This document shows, one piece after another, positions 38,097 to 48,304 of a stretch of DNA of 64,000 nt (positions are counted from its first letter, which is position 1; each line of letters begins with the position of its first letter). The translations under genes were made by a program, and so were the position numbers. The notes beneath the pieces are model-generated. The model was not told the DNA's origin and did no database searches. It saw only the letters and a program-made list of their open reading frames with translations. Location: sequence record OQ718158.1. One strand, written 5' to 3'.

Positions 38097-40793
38097 ATGT
38101 CAAAGAAAATATATGGTGGCTTAGACGTCACTCATAATGTGACAGTTAAAGGGAAAAGAACAGTACAGGGCATCAATGAACAAGTATTTGATGCTAATGG
38201 TAATATGGAAATTGATACATATTCCAAAGAAGAATTACTTGATGTAATTAGTTTACTTCCAATCTCGCATTATGGTACACATAACTATCTACCTGCTGGG
38301 GTATCTGGTGATTTTAATGGTGCATCAGAAAACCAATCCCAACGTAGAAACAAAATACTTTTAGAAAACGATGGCACATTAGTACTATTACGTAGTGGTA
38401 CAAACGGTAGTGTTGAAGGTTTATTTTATTCTTACCTAGCGAACGCATTATCCGTTACCGATATGAGCCGTACTGTTAATACAAGCCGTCAGTATAAGCC
38501 TGGCTATTTTGGGGCAAACCGTGTTGCTATTGGTTTATACAATACCGATTCAAAAATACTGTTAGGTCGTTACAATGACACATCTACCAATACTAATGGG
38601 TTGTTTATATCAGTAACGAATGGTACATTGGATGATACTCAACATAGTGGTCTTTTTGTGAACCAAGCTGATATTTCACCTGAAGGTGGGATTGAGTATG
38701 CTATGATGGCAGAAGACGGTTCAGTTTATGTATTCAACGTCCTTAATGAAAATAACAAACTACAGATTGTTGTTGTTCGTGTTGTATTGAATATTGCAAA
38801 CGGTACTTATACTGCTACCCGAATCACGGGGTGGACAACAAAAACTTTTTACAATACTACATATACTGCTCAGAATAATATGATCATTACTGACCATGTT
38901 AACTCAACTAATATTGCTGATAAGCCCTATGTCTATGTACCACAAAATTTGGCTGGTATGGGGATTTATATGACATCTATCGATTTATATGTTGCTCAGG
39001 AGCCAGGAACGCAGAACTTCCGATTCAGAATGAATGGTGACGCATGGTTCACTATGGCAAACTACAATACCCGACCACAGCATAGTTATAGTTTCAATTT
39101 TAACATGAGTACTAAACAATGTAACTTGGATAATGGGAACGATATTGGTACATTTGCTGCACCATTTGTTGTTACAAACACAGGTTCGGCATTGGTTGCT
39201 ACTGGTAATGTTCTCAACAACGATCCGTTATATGACCATAGCGGTGCAAGAAACATTTACAGTTCATATTATTATTTGAATACAGGTGAAGTATTCTGTA
39301 CTGCATGTCCAAACTTAGCAGAACCATTACTTATGCAGAAAGCTAAATTTACTGCACAATCAATATATAGCATGATTAATGTACGTGCGAACATTTCAAC
39401 TGATTTCAGAAATGGCATAGTTCGTCCTTCATTTGGTTCAGCAGTTGGTTCTTTTATTAACGGCGTAGAATTGCTTCCAGGGAACAGTACTAAACAGTAT
39501 TCTCGTTCAACTGGTTCTGGTGCATTCCGTCCATCTTATGCAGTTCATAAAAGTACTCCTAACTTTACGTTTAATTCTTTATCACGTGGAACCATACAAG
39601 GTTATGAGCCAACAACAGAACGTGCTAATGTGACAGATAACACGAACAACAGAGTTTTTATTAGTTCCATTAGTGGTAATAATGTTACTACAAATGGTGG
39701 GATATTCATGGTAGGTCAGAGATATTCCCAATCACTATCATATGATAAAAATATGAACGGAACTGGTATCATTAGTGTTACTCAATCTGTACTTGATAAT
39801 TTCAGAAATGCTGAATACGCCAAAGTACTAAGCGACTGGAACTTATCTTCTGCTGCTTATAAAGATATGACATTGTTTGTTCCACAACAAACTGATATAC
39901 CTGCATTCGTAATGCTAAGTACAGTTACAAATACATATCAGAACTATATTAGAATTGCTGAAGTGAATGTGAATACACGTTCAGGTAATATCACTACAAT
40001 TACCTTCAAGCGTTTAGTACTAGAAAACGTTTACGGAAGTAACTTTACACCAAATGGTAATGGTAGTTTTGCATTGTCTTCTGTTGGTTTAACAATATAT
40101 GATGGTGGTTCTTTCTACTTCATAGGTGGTTCTGACCCATTATCTCACCCAACTATTGGTAATACAAACACACACCAATTCAGAGCATATGTAACAAAAG
40201 CAACTGCACAATTTGATAGTTTTATTATCAGTGGTTCACATGCAAGTTATGAGCAAGGTATTCAACCAGCAGCTTTACCTGGTATTGGTTTTGGTTATTT
40301 CCAAGCAATAGACTATGTAAACAAAATGACTTTCCAAAAATGTGGTACTACAATTGCTGATTATAATAACTGGACTGCTCAAGGTGCACCGATTAACGTA
40401 GTTTCACAAGACGTTGCTCAAGGTTTTATTGTGTACTTCACAGAAGAAACTCCAGTAATTCTTTCTGGTAAAGCATTTACATTACCGATTACTAGTATAA
40501 ACTTAACTACAGTTAAGGCTAATCCAGCAAACACATTATTTCATGTATATGTTAAAATGGAACAAGGTAATGCAAAATATGTAATAACAACTGATGTTAT
40601 TTCAGAGACTGGTACTACAGCATATAATATTTTCTGGATAGGTACTATACAAACAAACTCACTACAAATATCAAATGTTAACATACAAAAACGTTCAAGA
40701 TTGGATATTTTCGGTGCGTCACTTGAAGCTGCTGGTTCTTCATTCCCAGTTAGTTATGGTCTACCGTCACAAACAGGAACAATCAATTGGTAA
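38097..40793 (+). CDS. large putative virion/tail-fibre-associated protein
   Basis: 898 aa, Thr/Asn/Gly-rich; shares N- and C-terminal modules with next two genes. Confidence 0.6.
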   Translation: MSKKIYGGLDVTHNVTVKGKRTVQGINEQVFDANGNMEIDTYSKEELLDVISLLPISHYGTHNYLPAGVSGDFNGASENQSQRRNKILLENDGTLVLLRSGTNGSVEGLFYSYLANALSVTDMSRTVNTSRQYKPGYFGANRVAIGLYNTDSKILLGRYNDTSTNTNGLFISVTNGTLDDTQHSGLFVNQADISPEGGIEYAMMAEDGSVYVFNVLNENNKLQIVVVRVVLNIANGTYTATRITGWTTKTFYNTTYTAQNNMIITDHVNSTNIADKPYVYVPQNLAGMGIYMTSIDLYVAQEPGTQNFRFRMNGDAWFTMANYNTRPQHSYSFNFNMSTKQCNLDNGNDIGTFAAPFVVTNTGSALVATGNVLNNDPLYDHSGARNIYSSYYYLNTGEVFCTACPNLAEPLLMQKAKFTAQSIYSMINVRANISTDFRNGIVRPSFGSAVGSFINGVELLPGNSTKQYSRSTGSGAFRPSYAVHKSTPNFTFNSLSRGTIQGYEPTTERANVTDNTNNRVFISSISGNNVTTNGGIFMVGQRYSQSLSYDKNMNGTGIISVTQSVLDNFRNAEYAKVLSDWNLSSAAYKDMTLFVPQQTDIPAFVMLSTVTNTYQNYIRIAEVNVNTRSGNITTITFKRLVLENVYGSNFTPNGNGSFALSSVGLTIYDGGSFYFIGGSDPLSHPTIGNTNTHQFRAYVTKATAQFDSFIISGSHASYEQGIQPAALPGIGFGYFQAIDYVNKMTFQKCGTTIADYNNWTAQGAPINVVSQDVAQGFIVYFTEETPVILSGKAFTLPITSINLTTVKANPANTLFHVYVKMEQGNAKYVITTDVISETGTTAYNIFWIGTIQTNSLQISNVNIQKRSRLDIFGASLEAAGSSFPVSYGLPSQTGTINW

Positions 40794-40805
40794 AGGATTA
40801 ATCTT

Positions 40806-41393
40806 ATGGCATATATTATAAGATCCGATATCGAAGCTATGTCACAAATCGTAGTCCAGAATAAAAACACTGGACTATCTATTAGTGATATTAATGACGT
40901 ATCGTATCGAACAGACGCAAATGGGGAATGTACATTCCCCCTCTTAACAAAAGATGAAGTTGATTCTATTGTTAACGGTTTACCATTATCACAATATGGT
41001 GAACTTTATGATGTATCTAGTTTGTCAATTACATCAAGCGGTTATTCATTACGTTTTAACCGAGAGATACCTGCATTCATCGGTGGCTATCTTTATAATT
41101 ACCCTGTTGTTGCAGTGACAGCACCAACAGTGGCATCAGGAACACAAACACAATATGTATACGCTACTTTAGTACTGGGTGAGCCAATTTATAGAATCTC
41201 AACTTCACAATTACAAGAATCACAGATTATAATGTTCATCGGGACTATTACCGTTGGAACTTCTGGTATTACTGCTATCAACATTGAACGCGTATCACGA
41301 TTCAATACATACAGACCAAGTACAACACAAAAAGGTTCATCTTTCCCAGTCAGTACTGGAAATCCAACACAAACTGGTACATTAGGCTGGTAA
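40806..41393 (+). CDS. short paralog of flanking putative virion proteins
   Basis: LPLSQYG and SSFPVSTGNPTQTGTLGW modules. Confidence 0.6.
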   Translation: MAYIIRSDIEAMSQIVVQNKNTGLSISDINDVSYRTDANGECTFPLLTKDEVDSIVNGLPLSQYGELYDVSSLSITSSGYSLRFNREIPAFIGGYLYNYPVVAVTAPTVASGTQTQYVYATLVLGEPIYRISTSQLQESQIIMFIGTITVGTSGITAINIERVSRFNTYRPSTTQKGSSFPVSTGNPTQTGTLGW

Positions 41394-41409
41394 TTAAAGG
41401 AAAAAGAAT

Positions 41410-44139
41410 ATGTCATCCAAACGCATCATTGGTAGTGCTGCTATACTTGGAAATTTAGCAATTGGTGGAAAGTACGCTATGCGTACTTTTAATGGTACAG
41501 CACCAGACGCAAATACAGGTATTGTTGACTATCCAATTTATAAAAGATCAGAAGTTCAAAAAATACTTGATATGTTACCAATCTCCCGTATAGGGGAAAT
41601 GGATTATCTACCATTAAACGTTAATGGTTCATACGAAGGGGCAACGTCGCTTTCAGATGTATACCGTATGCAACCAACAATAGTCGAAGATGATGGTACT
41701 GGTGTGGTATTACGTGCTGGTACAAATGGTAGTACTGAAGGATATTACTATGCATTCATTCGTGATTTGCGTAATATTGATGCACTAACACAAAGTAGTG
41801 TTATCAGTACTACATCAAAATATCATCCTAGAATTCTTCCAAGTACTGAAAATGTTAAACAGTTTATCGGAACGAATGGTTATGAATTACTAGTTAGCCT
41901 ATCTAGTGCAAGTAATTATATTTTCACTTTAACAAATGGTACATTTAACGAAGTTGCACATATTCACGCTTCTATCGCTGCTACATCATTTGGTACAGAT
42001 AAACCATTGTATGCACATATCGTTAATGATAAAGTATTTGTGTGGTGCAAAGACACTACTATAGCAAACTATGGTTTGGCTTTAACATTATATACTGTTA
42101 ATACAAGTAGTATTAAAGATGGTACTATGAGTACTTTTGCTAAGGTTACTGGTTTTTCTGGTCAAACCTTAAGAAGTGTTAACTACACAAGTGCTAATAA
42201 TTTGAAAATTTATGAAAGATTATATTCAGTTGGAACTAGTAGTGATTCATTATTTGAATGCACTTCACCAGTTACACGAGTTGAATATTCAGATTATACA
42301 GATTATAATATACAAGCAAACGTAAGTCCAGATTTATCAAAGATTAGAATTACATTATTTCCAACTAACCGTTTAGTATCAAATCTATATATTAGTACTG
42401 TTTATGCTAGTGGTTTTAGTTTTGTTTATACTATCAACTCTAAATCATTATCAATTGATGGAAGTAGTAGAGCACCAATAGCAGCGGAATATAATGATGT
42501 TGATGGATTCACATTAACAAACCCATTTGCCATTGAGATGAACAACTTCATGGGTACACAGTTAGGTGTTCCGCAATTAGGTAACGTTGGTTCTATATGC
42601 CAAACCTATGACGGTTTAGTATTCAGTACTCGTGCTCGTTGGAGTTCTTCTGAAACCTATGGTATTCAGGTTTATAACGTAACAGGAACACCATATGATA
42701 GTTGGGTTGCCAGTACTCGCAAAGCGAACAATTCTAAATTTGTAAACGTTGCCCCAACATATGGTAGTGCAGTAGGTGAAAACCTTTTAGGAACACGTTT
42801 TATTGATAAACGTAAAGTACTGTTAGCATGTTCTGGAACATATGAAGATGAGTCATATGGTTATAACAATACAGTATTTTCTGAAATTGGCACTGATCCA
42901 ACCTTCCAGTTCAATTCAGTACAAAACAATACAACACTTAATGGTTTTGCACCACAAGCCAACCGAACTCGCCTCGGCGACAACTACAAATATACAGGTA
43001 TGATTTCATTAATTGATACTGACGGTTCAGTTAAATGTTATGGGACATCATTCATTGAAGGTGTATACAAAACAAGTGGTGGTTTGTTTAACCCAGATAC
43101 TTTAGAATTTGATGGTTCTTATACAATTGGTGATAATGTTCTGGAAACATTAAAACAAGAAATACTTGCTAATATTGGAATAGTAGGAGCATTTACTGGT
43201 AAAATTGCTTTATATTATGTACCAGATAGTTCTTTCTCAAAATCTATTGCGGTGGTTTCTGCATATAACTTAGGAAATAACCAAGGTTATGCAATATATT
43301 CTGAAGTTGATGTCACTGTTTCAGGAACCAATATTAGTTCTGCGTCTATGGTGAGTTCTAGATACGAAACACTTAATTCTGTAACAGGTATTGTAACCGA
43401 AGCCTATATGAAACGCTGTACTGGTCTAACTGTTGCTAAGTATTCTGGTTTTGGTTATATTGGTGTTGATGCAGTTCATCAGTTTTCACAACCTGGTAAT
43501 GCTCAATTCAAATTGATGATTGCTAAAACAGTGAATGGTTTGATTACATCTAACCGATTTATGTCATCCAGCTACATAGATAATGGCAATGCATTCCAGC
43601 ACGGAGTTATACCAGGTGTTGGATTTGGATACTATCATCTTCAAGATTCAGATTATCAAACTAAAGCAGTGTTTAGTCTCTTTGGGACAACATCAGCACA
43701 GATGGATGGGTTGATTGATGGTTCAGGAACTGTACAAGATAAAATCGTAGTAGTTTCACAAGATGTTGCTGAAGGTTTCACTGTGTACTTCACCCGTGAA
43801 GTTCCGGTATTCCTTGGTGGTATGTTTGATAGATTAGCGATTCAAACCATAGAATTAAGTACTATTAAAACTAACCCAGCTAACAGTACTTTTTATCTTT
43901 ACATTCAAATGAACCGTAACACAAGAAAAGCGGCATACGTTATCAGTACAACTCTTCTTGATGAGACATTGACAAACGTATATGTTGGTGATATTGTTAC
44001 TGGAAGTACGAGTATTACGTCAATTGATACTGAAAAGGTAACCCGATTCTTGACATACAGACCTAGTACGACCAAGCGTGGTTCTGCTATCCCAGCAAGT
44101 ACTGGTGTTCCTTCAAGCTCTGGTACACGTTGGCATTAA
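41410..44139 (+). CDS. large putative virion/tail-fibre-associated protein
   Basis: 909 aa; LPISRIG, EDDGTGVVLRAGTNGS, SAIPASTGVPSSSGTRW. Confidence 0.6.
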   Translation: MSSKRIIGSAAILGNLAIGGKYAMRTFNGTAPDANTGIVDYPIYKRSEVQKILDMLPISRIGEMDYLPLNVNGSYEGATSLSDVYRMQPTIVEDDGTGVVLRAGTNGSTEGYYYAFIRDLRNIDALTQSSVISTTSKYHPRILPSTENVKQFIGTNGYELLVSLSSASNYIFTLTNGTFNEVAHIHASIAATSFGTDKPLYAHIVNDKVFVWCKDTTIANYGLALTLYTVNTSSIKDGTMSTFAKVTGFSGQTLRSVNYTSANNLKIYERLYSVGTSSDSLFECTSPVTRVEYSDYTDYNIQANVSPDLSKIRITLFPTNRLVSNLYISTVYASGFSFVYTINSKSLSIDGSSRAPIAAEYNDVDGFTLTNPFAIEMNNFMGTQLGVPQLGNVGSICQTYDGLVFSTRARWSSSETYGIQVYNVTGTPYDSWVASTRKANNSKFVNVAPTYGSAVGENLLGTRFIDKRKVLLACSGTYEDESYGYNNTVFSEIGTDPTFQFNSVQNNTTLNGFAPQANRTRLGDNYKYTGMISLIDTDGSVKCYGTSFIEGVYKTSGGLFNPDTLEFDGSYTIGDNVLETLKQEILANIGIVGAFTGKIALYYVPDSSFSKSIAVVSAYNLGNNQGYAIYSEVDVTVSGTNISSASMVSSRYETLNSVTGIVTEAYMKRCTGLTVAKYSGFGYIGVDAVHQFSQPGNAQFKLMIAKTVNGLITSNRFMSSSYIDNGNAFQHGVIPGVGFGYYHLQDSDYQTKAVFSLFGTTSAQMDGLIDGSGTVQDKIVVVSQDVAEGFTVYFTREVPVFLGGMFDRLAIQTIELSTIKTNPANSTFYLYIQMNRNTRKAAYVISTTLLDETLTNVYVGDIVTGSTSITSIDTEKVTRFLTYRPSTTKRGSAIPASTGVPSSSGTRWH

Positions 44140-44146
44140 AAATTTT

Positions 44147-44175
44147 AAGCTCGTCTATTGACGGGCTTTTCTTTT
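44147..44175 (+). terminator. intrinsic terminator
   Basis: AAGCTCGTC-tatt-GACGGGCTT + TTCTTTT. Confidence 0.8.
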
Positions 44176-44186
44176 ATGTGTATAAT
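44158..44186 (+). promoter_or_regulatory. sigma70-type promoter
   Basis: TTGACG-17 nt-TATAAT with TG at -15/-14; overlaps terminator. Confidence 0.75.
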
Positions 44187-44209
44187 GCTAGAAAATACAG
44201 GAGGAAATT

Positions 44210-44776
44210 ATGGTCAAATCTTTACTACCACCACCAAAGCGTCACAAAATCCAAGAAATGAAAGACCAACGTACATTAAAGATGTACAACAATTTAGTTA
44301 AGTTACTGTGTAAAAGTCCATCGCTCAAAGCAGAGTTTAAAACTGATGATGACCGCAAAGCACTAATTGAGATGAAGTATATGCTCAGTAAAATGTCCTT
44401 TTACAAATTTGTAAAAGAATACGCATCTGACCCATTTAGTCCTCGTTGGAGAACCAAACCAAGAGAGTTTTTTTTCGGTGGTTCATATACTGATATCATT
44501 CAAGATACTGTGATAGGCGTAGAGTTCGAGATTGATTATGAGCCGAATGGTGTGGAAAACTTGCTGATTGAGAAACGTTTACCAAGTGAAGAAGAAATTT
44601 ATGTTTATGCAAGAAAACTTTCAACTTACAGTTCAAGAATTACTCTAGGCAAGTTAGATTCATTTATTATTTTCTATATACGTGTTGGCGTAGACAAAAT
44701 GGTAACTAAACTCAATGAACTTTCATTACAACAAAAACAGATTAATGCATACAAAGACATTACTGATTTATACTAA
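44210..44776 (+). CDS. hypothetical protein (triplet family C)
   Basis: DDDRKALIEMKYMLSK. Confidence 0.75.
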   Translation: MVKSLLPPPKRHKIQEMKDQRTLKMYNNLVKLLCKSPSLKAEFKTDDDRKALIEMKYMLSKMSFYKFVKEYASDPFSPRWRTKPREFFFGGSYTDIIQDTVIGVEFEIDYEPNGVENLLIEKRLPSEEEIYVYARKLSTYSSRITLGKLDSFIIFYIRVGVDKMVTKLNELSLQQKQINAYKDITDLY

Positions 44777-44782
44777 TGAGGA

Positions 44783-45304
44783 ATGAATATGTTTTTTGGC
44801 CCAGTTGGAAAACAAAACAGTACTTTAATTTGGCATGAAATTATCTTTAAAATTATATCAAAAAGTTTCACACTTAAAGATATCATCAATACAGATCAAG
44901 ATCGTCGTGTTCTGTTAGAAGCAAAATATAAATTGAGCAAACACCCTTTGCTACCATTAATCATTGATTACGTTAATGATTATGAATCCAGTCGTTGGAA
45001 GTTTGAAGAAGGCGGTTTATTTCGTGGAAAAACATTCTACGGTGCGGAACGATATGTATTCAGTGATGCAACAAATGGCGTTAAGTTTGCTATTAGAAAC
45101 TTTAACTCCAAAGAAAATGATTATCTTGAAAGTGGAGTGAAAGTATATATCGATAACAATAGCAATGTTCTAACATATGACGAATCACTAATTATGTTAC
45201 AAATAATGCGTGGCGTTGAAGGTGTAAGACACAATCTTACTAATTTGAAAATTCAGCAAAATGATATACATAATAGACAGAAAATTAAGGGTTTATATAA
45301 ATGA
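44783..45304 (+). CDS. hypothetical protein (triplet family C)
   Basis: DQDRRVLLEAKYKLSK. Confidence 0.75.
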   Translation: MNMFFGPVGKQNSTLIWHEIIFKIISKSFTLKDIINTDQDRRVLLEAKYKLSKHPLLPLIIDYVNDYESSRWKFEEGGLFRGKTFYGAERYVFSDATNGVKFAIRNFNSKENDYLESGVKVYIDNNSNVLTYDESLIMLQIMRGVEGVRHNLTNLKIQQNDIHNRQKIKGLYK

Positions 45305-45810
45305 TTTCATTTTTCAAAAAGAAAGAAAAAGTTGATGAAACTGGATTAGAATCGTTTCTATGGACTCTTATCATCAAAAAAAGTCCATTGATAAAAGAAT
45401 ATGCCATCAATGATACTAATAGAAAAACTATCATTGAATACAAATACGAATTAGCAAAATGTGATCCGATTGTTTACCACTTCGTAAAGTACTGTTCTGA
45501 AAATTTATCGGATATCACTATTGAACACGAGTCAGTACCAATGAGTTTTCCTTATGGAGATTGGGTATATACTTATGATATTTTTGATGGGTCTAACGGA
45601 TTCAGTTTTTATTTCACATCAAATAAAGCATATGTTCGAATCAAAACAGATATAGGTTGGGTATTGCATAGCACAAATAAAGAAGATTATAATTTATTAG
45701 CTGATGTATACAGAAGTGTTAAGAACTCAAAGGATATTGATGAAAGAATTAAAAAGCAAAATCGTATTTCTTTATCAATAGAAACATACAAGTCAAAGTA
45801 TGGTGGTTAA
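45301..45810 (+). CDS. hypothetical protein (triplet family C)
   Basis: DTNRKTIIEYKYELAK. Confidence 0.75.
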   Translation: MISFFKKKEKVDETGLESFLWTLIIKKSPLIKEYAINDTNRKTIIEYKYELAKCDPIVYHFVKYCSENLSDITIEHESVPMSFPYGDWVYTYDIFDGSNGFSFYFTSNKAYVRIKTDIGWVLHSTNKEDYNLLADVYRSVKNSKDIDERIKKQNRISLSIETYKSKYGG

Positions 45811-45812
45811 CT

Positions 45813-46214
45813 ATGACTACAGTTGATGATATCTACAGTACTATACGAAATATGAGTACAGATAGAAAAGTGTTTGGTGACAAAGAAAAGTCAAAATGTT
45901 ATGGCATCGATTCTTTTGATATTATTTCATACGAATATAATAACAACGGGACCAGTTCACTAAACATTGTGTGTCCACGAGATCCAGAAAATAATTTCAT
46001 GTACGTTGAAATTAACAATGATGGTATGTTCTTTACTAAAGTATATAAAGGTGGGAAAGAATACGAACCCATCGAAGTAATGAATGAAGAGAAATTCTTC
46101 CAAGAAGATACCATCATCAATCTTGGATTTAGTTACAATGACTATCAAGTACTGGATCATGATTTTAAACGATACTATAATGGTTTTCTAAAGGAGTTAA
46201 CGATTTACTTATGA
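45813..46214 (+). CDS. hypothetical protein (family B)
   Basis: MNEEKFFQ motif. Confidence 0.7.
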   Translation: MTTVDDIYSTIRNMSTDRKVFGDKEKSKCYGIDSFDIISYEYNNNGTSSLNIVCPRDPENNFMYVEINNDGMFFTKVYKGGKEYEPIEVMNEEKFFQEDTIINLGFSYNDYQVLDHDFKRYYNGFLKELTIYL

Positions 46215-47449
46215 AAAACAATTTTCTAGAACAAACTATTGTGAAACACTTAGCTGGTTCACAGGCGTATGGCACAAGCACACCAGAAAGTGATACCGAT
46301 TATCGTGGTATCTTCCTTGCAAACAAAGAATTTATCCTAACTCCTTTTTTTAATGTTAAGGAAGTTTCAGATCCTTCTGAAGAAGATACTAAATTTTATG
46401 AAGTCAATCAGTACTTAAGTCTGTATACTGAAGCTAACCCAAACATTCTTGAATCACTATGGGTTAAACCTGAACACATCGTAGAAAGTACTGAAATCTA
46501 TGACTATCTACGCTCATTCAATCAGCAATTATTGAGTTCAAAGATTGCACACTCATACAGTGGATATGCATACAATCAGGTTAAGCGTATGTCTAATCAC
46601 CACGGCTGGCTCGATAAGGAACGAATTGCTGAACGTAAACTAAATGAAATTTTAGAAGAACATCCAGTTGACGAAGTACTTTCATGGATGTATGATACAT
46701 TCCCGCAGTATTTGGTAGACCGTTTGAATAAATCCAATCTTCACCCATTCAATGCTACAAAAATTGATTTTGAAAAATACATGCGTGATACTTCATTACA
46801 ATTAGTTTCAACACAAGCATTGAAACAATATCATTTTGTACGTTTAGTACATAATTATAGTACTGATAAAGTATTAGATCGTGATTTCAATTTATTGAAT
46901 TACAATTCAGGGTATGAACTAATCCATTACGGTGAAAACATCTTTGGGGTAATTATCAACCCGAATGAAAGTACAGTGAATGCTGATGGTTCACTACGTT
47001 ACTTCAACAAAGAACGTACTACAGAAGAATTGAAAGTTCGTCCTGAACTCATTGTAAAATTCAATGAAAAGGAATACAAAGAAAATAGTGAGAACCGTAA
47101 GAGTTATCACAAATGGAAGCAGAATCGTAATGCCAAACGTGCTATTCTTGAATCACACCACGGTTATGACTGCAAACATGCTATGCATACAATCAGGCTG
47201 CTGAATACAGCACAGGAAGCACTTGAAACTGGTATCATCCAAGTTCACCGACCGGATGCTGCTATGTTGATGGACATTCGTAACGGGAAGTGGTTGTATC
47301 AAGAAGTTATGGATTATTTCAACGAAAAGGTTGACTACATCCGAAATGTGGCGTATCATAAGACCCATCTACCGAAGCGACCAAACATAAAGTTGGCTAC
47401 GAAGGTACTATTAGATATCCGTGAAATGCAATGGTACAGTAAAAAATAA
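46211..47449 (+). CDS. Pol-beta-family nucleotidyltransferase (RlaP-like)
   Basis: GSQAYGTSTPESDTDYRG, NPNILE, GYD.KHAMH..RLL. Confidence 0.85.
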   Translation: MKNNFLEQTIVKHLAGSQAYGTSTPESDTDYRGIFLANKEFILTPFFNVKEVSDPSEEDTKFYEVNQYLSLYTEANPNILESLWVKPEHIVESTEIYDYLRSFNQQLLSSKIAHSYSGYAYNQVKRMSNHHGWLDKERIAERKLNEILEEHPVDEVLSWMYDTFPQYLVDRLNKSNLHPFNATKIDFEKYMRDTSLQLVSTQALKQYHFVRLVHNYSTDKVLDRDFNLLNYNSGYELIHYGENIFGVIINPNESTVNADGSLRYFNKERTTEELKVRPELIVKFNEKEYKENSENRKSYHKWKQNRNAKRAILESHHGYDCKHAMHTIRLLNTAQEALETGIIQVHRPDAAMLMDIRNGKWLYQEVMDYFNEKVDYIRNVAYHKTHLPKRPNIKLATKVLLDIREMQWYSKK

Positions 47450-47459
47450 GAGGATTGTT

Positions 47460-47876
47460 ATGCTAAACGAACAAATCAAAGACGCACTACGTGTACTGAA
47501 TCGCGAAGTTAACCGCATCCAGAAAAGTACTGATCGTTATAAACTAATGCATGAACTTAGACTTTCGTTGGAAGCTATCAATAATGGCGAATGGTATCTT
47601 GAACCAGAATATCGCACACGTGAACTAACTGACGTTGAAAAAGCAATTGTCAAATTCATTACAAGTCGCGACAAAAATGCATCCGAAAAAGATGTATCAA
47701 TGAACTTCCATCTTACTAAATGTGAAGTCGTGGAAAAATTTAAATTCGATTGGCTTGACTGGATTGAAATGATCATGGAACTTGAAGAAGAATTCAAAGT
47801 TGAAGTTGATTTGGAATACGAGAATGAAAACACTAAACTGTATAAACTCGTAGATCATATTCAAAAAATGTTGTAA
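47460..47876 (+). CDS. acyl-carrier-protein-like protein lacking the phosphopantetheine Ser
   Basis: FDWLDWIEMIMELEEEFKVEV aligns with ACP [25 protein letters not shown] RBS, ATG 47460. Confidence 0.75.
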   Translation: MLNEQIKDALRVLNREVNRIQKSTDRYKLMHELRLSLEAINNGEWYLEPEYRTRELTDVEKAIVKFITSRDKNASEKDVSMNFHLTKCEVVEKFKFDWLDWIEMIMELEEEFKVEVDLEYENENTKLYKLVDHIQKML

Positions 47877-47895
47877 ACATATAATATAGTACACT

Positions 47896-47902
47896 CTAAA
47901 TA
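47896..47902 (+). promoter_or_regulatory. candidate late promoter CTAAATA
   Basis: Directly upstream of spanin genes. Confidence 0.5.
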
Positions 47903-47929
47903 ATATTACCAACTATAGGAGATGTTATT

Positions 47930-48304
47930 ATGAGTGTACTAGAAATTATTGTTTCAAAAGTTTTAATACCATATTGGAAACCAATTTTGGTAGTAGGAGT
48001 AATGGCAGGTTGTGTTTACGGTGGATGGTCAGCAAATACTTATTATACTGGTTATAAAGAAAGTATTGACCAAAAAATAGAAAAGAAAGTTGATTCTGCA
48101 CTCGCTAAGATGCAGCAAGAAAATGCAAAAAACTATATAGAAACCAAAAAGATAATGCAAGATAATGCTAAAGTTATCGAGACACAAGTGCCTATTATAG
48201 TAGAAAGAGAAGTTTACAAAAATGTATGTCTAGATGAAGATGGCGTTAAACTTCTGAATGAACTTAAACAGAATTCCCTTGCAGCGAGGAATAAATTCAA
48301 ATGA
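47930..48304 (+). CDS. i-spanin (Rz-like)
   Basis: N-terminal TM, coiled coil, VEREVYKNVCLD tail. Confidence 0.8.
   Translation: MSVLEIIVSKVLIPYWKPILVVGVMAGCVYGGWSANTYYTGYKESIDQKIEKKVDSALAKMQQENAKNYIETKKIMQDNAKVIETQVPIIVEREVYKNVCLDEDGVKLLNELKQNSLAARNKFK

Noticed and set aside
38097-44139. DGR or invertase-driven tail-fibre switching
   Set aside because: No reverse transcriptase, recombinase, inverted crossover sites or near-identical TR/VR DNA repeats; similarity is at protein level only.
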